From Candidatus Hydrogenedentota bacterium (GTDB lineage: Bacteria; Hydrogenedentota; Hydrogenedentia; Hydrogenedentales; SLHB01), in NCBI GenBank assembly GCA_034408725.1, contig JAWXCN010000270.1, positions 1-19,036 of the forward strand: a DNA stretch of 19,036 nt, read 5' to 3'. Each line of letters starts with the position of its first letter. Within the stretch, counting starts at the first letter, position 1. Positions 1-7,441 of the stretch are shown here, one piece after another. The notes beneath the pieces are model-generated. The model saw nothing but the letters and a program-made list of their open reading frames with translations. It was not told the origin of the DNA and searched no databases. The position numbers were made by a program, and so were the translations under genes.

Positions 1-53
1 CGCGTATCCTGAAGTCTTCAAATGTATTCGAGGATTTCGAGTACTCCGAAGTG

Positions 54-203
54 AAAGCGGCGCTGACACGCCGCAGTCCAAGGCGCTGCTCGCGGCCAAT
101 AGACGTCCAAGTTCCGCGTGAAGCGCCTTGGACTGCGGCGGCGGGTAGCTGCCGCTTTCCATTTCGTGGGCAAGGTTGCTTCGCAATTAAGCGCGATTGC
201 CCT
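54..203. repeat. REP-doublet (REPIN/BIME-like) palindromic element, copy 1
   Basis: Two inverted units, AAAGCGGCG-CTGACA-CGCCGC-AGTCCAAGGCGCT (54-87) and AGCGCCTTGGACT-GCGGCGGCGGGTAGCTGCCGC-TTT (122-158). Positions 69-87 and 122-140 form a perfect 19-bp inverted repeat. Positions 61-203 match the reverse complement of 18893-19036 with 16 differences in 144 columns (hand alignment). Confidence 0.9.
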
Positions 204-336
204 ACATGCTTCCGCACTGTACGCCATGGTGCAAATTTGCTATTGTTTAGTGGCTGTGTAGCGAAACTCTGCGTGTCTGCCCGAGCGACGGTGTGGTTGT
301 GCCTCGCGGAGTGTCAACACTGGAGGTGCGAGTCGC

Positions 337-3300
337 ATGGGTTACCGGAAGTCTTTCTCTCACGCATGGCCACGCTGTGCGGTTGTCGCAGTGGCTGTTT
401 GCACACTTTCAACCGCCGCGTTTGCGACGCCACTGGACGATTACGTCGCGTTGCCGGATGCGAGTTATTCATGGAGCCTGGCGACGACAATTCCGGGCGC
501 GGGCTATACCGATTACGTCATTGATCTGAAGTCACAGACGTGGGACCCGATTCCGCCAAACGGGGTGGACCGCCCGCTTTGGGAACACGCACTCATAATT
601 ACGGTGCCGGATACCGTGAGCCATACATCGGGCATGTTGTTCATTGGGGGTGGAGATAACCCTGCAAACCTTTCCGGCGGGAACGATGCGTTTTTGATCG
701 CCATGGCGATCCGGTCGCAGTCTGTGATTGCTCAGTTAAAACAAGTGCCCAACCAACCGTTGACGTTTGCCAATGACCCGCTTGCCATTGCCCGCGAAGA
801 GGATGAACAGATCGCCTATTGCTGGCGCAAGTTCCTGGATGCGGGCGGTGACCCGGAAGACGCGATATGGTTGTCGCGTCTGCCGATGACAAAAGCGGCG
901 GTTCGCGCGATGGACGCGATGACCGCCTTTCTTGCGACACCCGCCGGCGGCAGTCTTGCGTTAAACCAGTTTGTGGTATCGGGCGGATCGAAACGCGGCT
1001 GGACAACGTGGACAACGGCAGCCGTTGATTCGCGCGTCATAGCGATTGCGCCGTTGGTGATTGATCTGCTGAACATGGAACGGTCTTTTGTACACCACTT
1101 CCAGGCGATTGGCGGGTATGCGGATGCGGTCCACGATTATACCGACCACGGCATTTTTGAATATCAAAACACCCCCGAATACGACAGGTTGCAGGAATAT
1201 GTTGAGCCGTTCTCGTATCGTGATCGGTTAACAATGCCAAAGTTCATTATGAACTCCTCGCAGGACCAGTTTTTCCTCCCTGATTCATCGCAGTTTTACT
1301 GGGACCGCCTGGTGGGCGAGAAGCGGCTCCGGTACGTACAAAATAACAATCATGGCCTCAGCCAGACCGCGGATGCCGCAAGCGATCTCGAGGCGTGGTA
1401 CACAATGATATTGAATGGTGTGCCGCGTCCTGATATTTCCTGGGTGAAACGCGATGACGGGCAGATCGAGGTCGAGATTATTTCGGGGACACCAATCGTA
1501 AACGGTGTGCGGTTGTGGCAATCAAGCACGCAGCCGGAGCGCAAGTTCGGTTGGCCCGATGTGGGAAACACGGGCATATATTCGGACACGGTCCTCGCCG
1601 AATCTTCACCGGGAAAATATGTCACCAACGTCACCATTCCCGGAAGCGGGTTTAAGGCGTTCTTTGTGGAAGTGACGTTTCCGAGTGGCGGGACATTTCC
1701 GTTCCGGGTGACGACGGAAGTCAGCATAGTTCCTGACGTGCTTCCGTTTGGGCCGCAGTACGCGCTTGGTTCGGAGACGGAATTGCTCGACGCGGCGTAC
1801 TACGCCGGAGAAGCGAGTGATGGATCGAATGTCGCGGGGCGCTGGGGTTTCTTTGGGCGCGCGTCAAACGATGCAACGAAGGTAGCGTTTTGGGCGGTAA
1901 ACGCGAGTACGTTCATGCCATCAATCTTTCTCGTTGACGTTGGCGCGCCATCAAGCTGGCGGCGTATCACGAGCGATTTCGCGGCGTCACCTGATGCGCC
2001 AATTTATTGGACACCCGATGATTCCGCGCTGTTCGTGGGCGGATCGAAAATCGTCATTCCCCCCGTGGGTCAATTGGCCACCATTACGACGCCATTGAAT
2101 CACGGTTTTTCGCTCAATGATACGAGCATGACGGCGCTCGCGAACAACAACTGGGCGTTTGCGCTGAGCAGCGGCGAAGTCGTCGCGCTACCAATCCTCG
2201 TCAATGGTGATGAGGATCCGTTTCGCGATCCTGTCTACGTAACCAACTTCACAACCAGTGGCGTATCCGCGGATTGGCCGAGCGTGTCGCCCGATGGAAC
2301 CTCGCTGACGTTTGCGGACTACCACGGCGTAGGCGCGCTCGGTGTTGCGCCGGATTTGGGTGATATTTACGGTGTGGAGAATCTCGAAGCGATCCTTGCA
2401 GCGCCGAAACTGCCGGCCACGGACATTTCATCACTGGCGCCAACGTCGGCGAATGATCCCGACATGATCAAGATTCGCACCGCGGAGAGCGAAAACTTTG
2501 CGCATACGCCTGCGTATTCGCAGGACAAGAGTCTGATATTTTTCAGCGAAGATTGGAACAACGTATTCGCGGACGATGATTACTTCCCTTCCTTCCTGTT
2601 GGGCGATTTCGACATCATGGTGGCCAATGCCGATGGGTTCGAGGCGGACGTCCGGCTCGCGGAACCCGGTAACCAAGGCTTGATTACCCCGACGCACGGC
2701 GGCACGCGGTTCACATTTATCCGCGATATTGCCGCAGTCCCCCACCTGTATATGTCCACATTGGAAATCACGGTGCCGATGGCAGGCACGCAGCTTGGCA
2801 ACAACGACATCCTGACGGTTGTGCCGCAAACCGCGTCGGACGCCAGCGGCACCAGCCTCCGTGTGCCTGCCGCGACGACCATCAATTACCCCAATGGCGC
2901 CGATCAGGAGATTGCGATCACGACGCCCATCGATCCTGTTTCGTCGCCGCAATTGCCCGCGGGCATCGACGCGATTCCGGTGGTGCGCGAATTTGGGCCA
3001 GACGGCACGACATTCTCGCCCGCGCTCGAAGTGACCATCTCGTACACGGACGCGGAAGTCGACGGTCTGGATGAATCAACGATGCGCGTGTTCCGGTTCA
3101 ATACCGGAACGGGAACGTTCAGCGATGAGATTACCACGATCATAGATCGCGACACAGTTGCCAACACGATCACGTTTACATTAAACAGCTTCTCGACCTA
3201 TGGTCTCGGCGCGGAACAAGGCGCGCCACTCGTCGATACCGACGACGACGGCATTCCGGACATAAGCGACCCCGACGACGACAACGACGGCATCGCAGAC

Positions 3301-3546
3301 GGGTCTGATGCGTTCCCACTGGATACTGACAACGACGGTCAAGACAACGCAGTGGATACCGATGACGACAACGACGGCATTTCGGATGAAATTGAATTGT
3401 TGATGGGCACCGACCCGCTTAACCCGTTCGATACACCTGCTCTGCCGGTGAGCAATTGGCTGACGTTGCTGATACTATCGGCAGTGCTGCTGTGCTCGGG
3501 ATTGCTCCTGGCTTTCCGCGCACACAAAAGATGCGTTCCGAAGTGA
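337..3546 (+). CDS. Secreted/surface-anchored PqaA-family (PhoPQ-activated pathogenicity-related) alpha/beta-hydrolase with extended C-terminal domains, 1069 aa
   Basis: RBS GGAGGTG at 322-328 and a signal peptide (…TAAFA/TPLDDYV). PqaA-type motifs TPLDDYV, SQTW, VPNQPL, RLPMTKA, GGSKRGWTTW (Ser218), DQFFLPD (Asp310) and NNNHG (His339). These are followed by a WPSVSPDG/PAYSQD propeller-like region, an EFGPDGTTFSPALEVTISY…SFSTYGL module, DxDxDG repeats and a C-terminal TM with basic tail. Confidence 0.88.
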   Translation: MGYRKSFSHAWPRCAVVAVAVCTLSTAAFATPLDDYVALPDASYSWSLATTIPGAGYTDYVIDLKSQTWDPIPPNGVDRPLWEHALIITVPDTVSHTSGMLFIGGGDNPANLSGGNDAFLIAMAIRSQSVIAQLKQVPNQPLTFANDPLAIAREEDEQIAYCWRKFLDAGGDPEDAIWLSRLPMTKAAVRAMDAMTAFLATPAGGSLALNQFVVSGGSKRGWTTWTTAAVDSRVIAIAPLVIDLLNMERSFVHHFQAIGGYADAVHDYTDHGIFEYQNTPEYDRLQEYVEPFSYRDRLTMPKFIMNSSQDQFFLPDSSQFYWDRLVGEKRLRYVQNNNHGLSQTADAASDLEAWYTMILNGVPRPDISWVKRDDGQIEVEIISGTPIVNGVRLWQSSTQPERKFGWPDVGNTGIYSDTVLAESSPGKYVTNVTIPGSGFKAFFVEVTFPSGGTFPFRVTTEVSIVPDVLPFGPQYALGSETELLDAAYYAGEASDGSNVAGRWGFFGRASNDATKVAFWAVNASTFMPSIFLVDVGAPSSWRRITSDFAASPDAPIYWTPDDSALFVGGSKIVIPPVGQLATITTPLNHGFSLNDTSMTALANNNWAFALSSGEVVALPILVNGDEDPFRDPVYVTNFTTSGVSADWPSVSPDGTSLTFADYHGVGALGVAPDLGDIYGVENLEAILAAPKLPATDISSLAPTSANDPDMIKIRTAESENFAHTPAYSQDKSLIFFSEDWNNVFADDDYFPSFLLGDFDIMVANADGFEADVRLAEPGNQGLITPTHGGTRFTFIRDIAAVPHLYMSTLEITVPMAGTQLGNNDILTVVPQTASDASGTSLRVPAATTINYPNGADQEIAITTPIDPVSSPQLPAGIDAIPVVREFGPDGTTFSPALEVTISYTDAEVDGLDESTMRVFRFNTGTGTFSDEITTIIDRDTVANTITFTLNSFSTYGLGAEQGAPLVDTDDDGIPDISDPDDDNDGIADGSDAFPLDTDNDGQDNAVDTDDDNDGISDEIELLMGTDPLNPFDTPALPVSNWLTLLILSAVLLCSGLLLAFRAHKRCVPK
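3235..3420 (+). repeat. Coding Asp-rich thrombospondin type 3-like Ca-binding repeats within the PqaA-family gene
   Basis: DTDDDGIPD, DDDNDGIAD, DTDNDGQDN, DTDDDNDGISD…GTDP in the translation. Confidence 0.85.
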
Positions 3547-3568
3547 CTTAGCAAATAGTTCAATTTTT

Positions 3569-3602
3569 AACGCCCGGGCTTATCATGCCGGGCGTTTTTT
3601 TT
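3569..3602 (+). terminator. Rho-independent terminator after the PqaA-family gene
   Basis: Stem AACGCCCGG (3569-3577) / CCGGGCGTT (3588-3596) running into a T8 tract (3595-3602), about 22 nt after the stop codon. Confidence 0.85.
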
Positions 3603-3668
3603 GAATCGTTTGGCGTAAACCGCGAGCAAATGGTCAACGCACGCCGGTTGGTGTTCCGTATCGATACG

Positions 3669-4124
3669 TTATTTCGCGGAAATTTCCTCGCGGACGGCCA
3701 ATTTCGCTTTGATGAGTTGGGGGTGGGTGAGGTTCATGAGTTTGGCGAGTTTGTGGATCATGTAGTCCTCGTGGCCGTCGAGGTTGCCGTCGGCGAAGAT
3801 GACGCGCCAGACTTCGCGCAGGATTTCCTGTTTCTCGTCGTTATTACAGGCTGCGTTCACGGTATTGGTGAATTTCCAGAGGTCGAAGGATTCCGCGCGG
3901 CGGGCTTCAGCCGTATTGAGGAGTTCTTCGGCGTCTTCCTGGGAGAGCGAGAACCGCTTTTTCAGCGTTGTAACGATGTGTTCACATTCTCCGGGGGAGA
4001 ATTCATTGTCGGCGCCAGCGACTTCTAGTAGGAGCACGCAGGTTGCGAGGCGCAGTCGTTCGGCGTGCGTCTCCTGTGATGTGTCTGCCGCGGGCGCGAA
4101 TAAAGAGACGATTCTGGAAAGCAT
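3669..4124 (-). CDS. TerB-family (tellurite resistance / DjlA N-terminal-like) protein, 151 aa
   Basis: Motifs ATCVLLLEVAGADNEFSPGE and EVWRVIFADGNLDGHEDYMIHKLAKLMNL. Start re-called to ATG 4124, which has GAGGTG upstream; the longer 4226 start adds a non-protein-like N-terminus. Confidence 0.88.
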   Translation of the reverse strand: MLSRIVSLFAPAADTSQETHAERLRLATCVLLLEVAGADNEFSPGECEHIVTTLKKRFSLSQEDAEELLNTAEARRAESFDLWKFTNTVNAACNNDEKQEILREVWRVIFADGNLDGHEDYMIHKLAKLMNLTHPQLIKAKLAVREEISAK

Positions 4125-4234
4125 AAGACCTGGCACCTCGAATTTCTGCTGACAATAGCATTGACCGCGGGGCTGCGTCCATGCCATGCGAATGGTATCG
4201 CCAAAGAGGAGTTGGTGCTGCGTCAATAATCTAA

Positions 4235-4264
4235 TTGCACCGCGCTTGCCGGGATTGCTAGCAT
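4235..4264 (+). promoter_or_regulatory. Putative sigma70 promoter for the alpha/beta hydrolase
   Basis: TTGCAC (4235-4240), 18-nt spacer, then extended -10 TG-C-TAGCAT (4256-4264), just upstream of RBS GGAGGA (4272-4277). Confidence 0.4.
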
Positions 4265-4289
4265 GATGCCCGGAGGAACCGCTTTATCC

Positions 4290-5255
4290 ATGCAAGAGTT
4301 GAGCAAGCTCAAAGGGTTGTCCGAATGGCCCGCGGTCCGCAATCAGATTGAAACGGCGGTCCGCGGGGTACTTGGCGAGATCGATACCGAACGCGTCGAG
4401 TTGCAGATGAAGACGCTGGACGAACAGTCGTTTCCAGGGTACAGCCGGAAACGGGTGAACTATTTCGTCGATGAATGGGAACGGGTCTCCGCCTGGCTAT
4501 TCGTACCTGACGGGCGCGAGGAAGTCCCGGGGATACTGTGCTGTCATCAGATGACGCCTCAGGGGAAAGACGAACCGGGCGGCGTCAAAGGCGATCCGCA
4601 ACTCGCGTTTGCCCGGCGGTATGCAGAGCTGGGGTACGTCACGATTGCGCCGGATTGCGTCACTTCAGGTGAGCGCCAGTCCCACGGGCTCCAACCCTAC
4701 GATACGAAAAATTTCTACAAGGACCATCCCAAGAAATCCGTGCTGAGCAAAATGTTGCAGGACCACACGTTCGCACTTGATGCGCTCTGCGATATCAAGC
4801 GCGTCGATCCCGCGCGGCTCGGCGTCATTGGGCATAGCATGGGCGGAACAAATGCGTTGTTGCTAGCGGCGTTCGATCAGCGCGTGCAGACTTGTGTCGC
4901 GAGCTGCGGTTTCACACGGTTTGCAGACGACAAGAATGCTGACCGTTGGGCAAACGAAAACGGGTTTGTTCAATTGCCAAAGCTGCGCGAGGCAATCCAG
5001 AAGAAGGAATATCCCTTCGATTGGGAACACCTGCTCGCGCTGGTGGCGCCTTGCCCGACCCTGGTGATTACGTCACTGACGGACGAAGTGCTATCGAACA
5101 CGAAGAGCTGCGAGAAAGCAGTGAAAGCTGCAAAGACGATCTATAAACACCTGGGCGCATCCGAGGCGCTTGCGCAGTACGTACATAGTGCCGGTCACGG
5201 CATGACGGTTGAAGCACTGGAGCAGGCGGATGATTGGTTCGAACGTTGGTTATGA
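4290..5255 (+). CDS. Alpha/beta hydrolase (dienelactone hydrolase / acetyl-xylan-esterase-like), ~321 aa
   Basis: Nucleophile elbow GVIGHSMGG, plus VDPARLG, LLALVAPCP and a C-terminal AGHG His. Start at ATG 4290 after GGAGGA (the ORF track starts at 4263). Confidence 0.88.
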   Translation: MQELSKLKGLSEWPAVRNQIETAVRGVLGEIDTERVELQMKTLDEQSFPGYSRKRVNYFVDEWERVSAWLFVPDGREEVPGILCCHQMTPQGKDEPGGVKGDPQLAFARRYAELGYVTIAPDCVTSGERQSHGLQPYDTKNFYKDHPKKSVLSKMLQDHTFALDALCDIKRVDPARLGVIGHSMGGTNALLLAAFDQRVQTCVASCGFTRFADDKNADRWANENGFVQLPKLREAIQKKEYPFDWEHLLALVAPCPTLVITSLTDEVLSNTKSCEKAVKAAKTIYKHLGASEALAQYVHSAGHGMTVEALEQADDWFERWL

Positions 5256-5381
5256 TAGGATAAACTGGTAGTAGTCCCTGCCACGCATGTTAATTGGGCG
5301 CTACCAAACGAGGCCGCGCGAGTACGCACATCGTGTATACGCATTCATATCTTCATACCTATTACCTGCACGGGAGACACC

Positions 5382-6356
5382 ATGGCGATCGCAACCGCAA
5401 GGGAAACGCAGCAACCCATTGTCGATGAGCGGGTAACCCGCCTTGTCGACAACATTCAGCAAGTCATTTTCGGCAAAGAGGAAGTGGTCAAACTCTGCGT
5501 AACGGCACTACTGGCGCGGGGCCATATCCTCATTGAAGACGTGCCGGGCATGGGCAAGACGACTTTGGCGCAAGGGTTGGCGCGGTCGATCGAGGGTACG
5601 TTTCACCGTATTCAGTTTACCAGCGACATGCTGCCATCCGACATTATCGGCGTATCCATTCTGAATCAGCGCACGAGTGATTTCGAGTTCAGGCAGGGGC
5701 CCATTTTTGCCAACGTAGTATTGGCGGACGAGATCAACCGTACCCCGCCAAAGACCCAAAGCGCGCTTTTGGAGGCCATGAGCGAATTCCAGGTCTCGAT
5801 TGATGGACTGAGCCGCCAACTACCCGATCCGTTTATCGTTCTGGCAACGCAAAACCCGATTGAATACGAAGGGACCTACACGCTTCCCGAATCGCAGCTA
5901 GACCGGTTCATGCTCCGCGTTGAGATGGGGTATCCCGGCGACGAAGATGAGCTTCACATCATGCGCCGGCGCGATCCAAAGGTTGCACTCGAACAATTGA
6001 AACCGGCGATATCCTCGAAAGACGTCGTTGATCTACAACGGTTGACGGGAAAAATTCTGGTCGAGGAATCCGTTGCGCGGTACATGCTTGCGATTGTACA
6101 GGCGACGCGCGACAGCGAGTTCGTTCAACTTGGCGCGAGCCCGCGGTCGTCGGTGTCCTTTTTCGAGGCATGCCAGGCGCGCGCGCTTGTCGAGGGCAGG
6201 GACTTTGTCACGCCCGACGACGTCCGTCAGATGGCTATCCCCATACTTTCACACCGGATATTGGTCAAGTCGCGAGATGGCAACCCTATTGCGTCCGCGC
6301 GCGCGCGGTCCCGCATCATCCACGAGGCGCTAAAGTTGGTCCCCGTACCCGAGTAA
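5382..6356 (+). CDS. moxR: MoxR-family AAA+ ATPase (MoxR-proper type), 324 aa
   Basis: EDVPGMGKT (Walker A), RIQFTSDMLPSD, LADEINR (Walker B), ATQNPIE, LPESQLDRF, GASPR. RBS GGGAGA upstream. Confidence 0.95.
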   Translation: MAIATARETQQPIVDERVTRLVDNIQQVIFGKEEVVKLCVTALLARGHILIEDVPGMGKTTLAQGLARSIEGTFHRIQFTSDMLPSDIIGVSILNQRTSDFEFRQGPIFANVVLADEINRTPPKTQSALLEAMSEFQVSIDGLSRQLPDPFIVLATQNPIEYEGTYTLPESQLDRFMLRVEMGYPGDEDELHIMRRRDPKVALEQLKPAISSKDVVDLQRLTGKILVEESVARYMLAIVQATRDSEFVQLGASPRSSVSFFEACQARALVEGRDFVTPDDVRQMAIPILSHRILVKSRDGNPIASARARSRIIHEALKLVPVPE

Positions 6357-6361
6357 GACAA

Positions 6362-7441
6362 ATGTTCAAAAGCACGCGGAAATCACGGCGCAGACTGACC
6401 CGCACCGGCCAGGTTTTTGTCGTGTGCGCGTTGCTGGCGTTGTTGGCATCGTGGAACTCCGGAATCAACTTGTACTACCTCATCTTCGGCGCGATTGGGA
6501 GCTTTCTGTTTTTCTCCTTCATTCTCAGCCGCCGCGGTTTGATGCACCTCGAAGTGGCGCGAGAAGCGCCAATGGCCGTGAACCGGTTCGAGCCTTTTGG
6601 AATACTCGTGCGAATTACGAACAAACGCCAGTTTCTTCCGGTGTCATCTATCCGTTGCGAGAACGCGGATGCACGCGGCGAGTCCACCGGATACGTGCTG
6701 GCGATTCCACCGGGCCGCGTTGCGCAGGTAAGGACGACCCAGCAGTTCACGCGTCGAGGCCGGCGTCTGCTTCCCGCAATCGATCTTGTGACGTCATTTC
6801 CATTTGGCCTAATCGAGGCGCGGCGCCGATTCGATATCGAGACGGAGGTGCTGGTGTATCCGCGTGTTCTGGCGGCGCGGACTGCGCTAATTGATCAATT
6901 ACGTGGAAACGGTGAGCTACCGAAGGTTGCGCAAGGCCCCGGCGACGAGTTTTTCAGTCTTAGAGAGTATGTTCCCGGTGACGATCTCCGGTTCATATCG
7001 TGGCGCGCCAGCGCGCGGACGGGGACACTATTGGTAAAAGAACTTGAACAGCAAACCGCGCGGTATGTTGTCATCGTGTTTGACTCCCGGCTCCGGCAAG
7101 ACGTCGAAGATTTTTACGAACGGTTTGAAGAATCCGTCGAACTCATTGCATCGATTGCCGTGACCCTACTGAACCGTCAGTTCAAGGTGGCCATCGTTAC
7201 GCCGACGCTGATTCTGCCCGATGGCGAAGGCACCGCGCAGACGCTCAAAGTTTTGGAACTGCTCGCGCGAATTGAACCGGCGGAACCGACCGCGGCAGAC
7301 CCGTTTTGGCGCGCGGCGCAGGAGGATGACCCGCGCCGGACTTCGATACTGATGGTGTCACCCGATCCGGCGCAATGGGGCGAGATTCGATCTGGCGGAA
7401 ATGTGCGCGTGCTTGACCCTCGGGAGGTGATCCATGCCTGA
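6362..7441 (+). CDS. DUF58 domain-containing membrane protein, 359 aa
   Basis: Two N-terminal TM segments, FPFGL, VLVYP, and DEFFSLREYVPGDDLRFISWRASAR. Start re-called to ATG 6362, 5 nt after the moxR stop. Confidence 0.92.
   Translation: MFKSTRKSRRRLTRTGQVFVVCALLALLASWNSGINLYYLIFGAIGSFLFFSFILSRRGLMHLEVAREAPMAVNRFEPFGILVRITNKRQFLPVSSIRCENADARGESTGYVLAIPPGRVAQVRTTQQFTRRGRRLLPAIDLVTSFPFGLIEARRRFDIETEVLVYPRVLAARTALIDQLRGNGELPKVAQGPGDEFFSLREYVPGDDLRFISWRASARTGTLLVKELEQQTARYVVIVFDSRLRQDVEDFYERFEESVELIASIAVTLLNRQFKVAIVTPTLILPDGEGTAQTLKVLELLARIEPAEPTAADPFWRAAQEDDPRRTSILMVSPDPAQWGEIRSGGNVRVLDPREVIHA

Noticed and set aside
18..529. ORFs 18-227(-), 51-524(+) and 293-529(+)
   Set aside because: They run through the palindromic repeat or overlap the PqaA gene out of frame, and have Arg/Cys-rich, non-protein-like composition.
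3235..3390. GACGACAACGACGGC-like repeats as a possible CRISPR array
   Set aside because: They are in-frame, degenerate at third positions and irregularly spaced, and they encode the DxDxDG repeats. No cas genes are present.
3585..4152. ORFs 3585-4028(+) and 3784-4152(+)
   Set aside because: Antisense shadows of the TerB-like gene; the first starts inside a terminator.
6170..6361. 64-aa N-terminal extension of the DUF58 ORF
   Set aside because: It overlaps moxR by 187 nt; ATG 6362 gives a normal operon junction.
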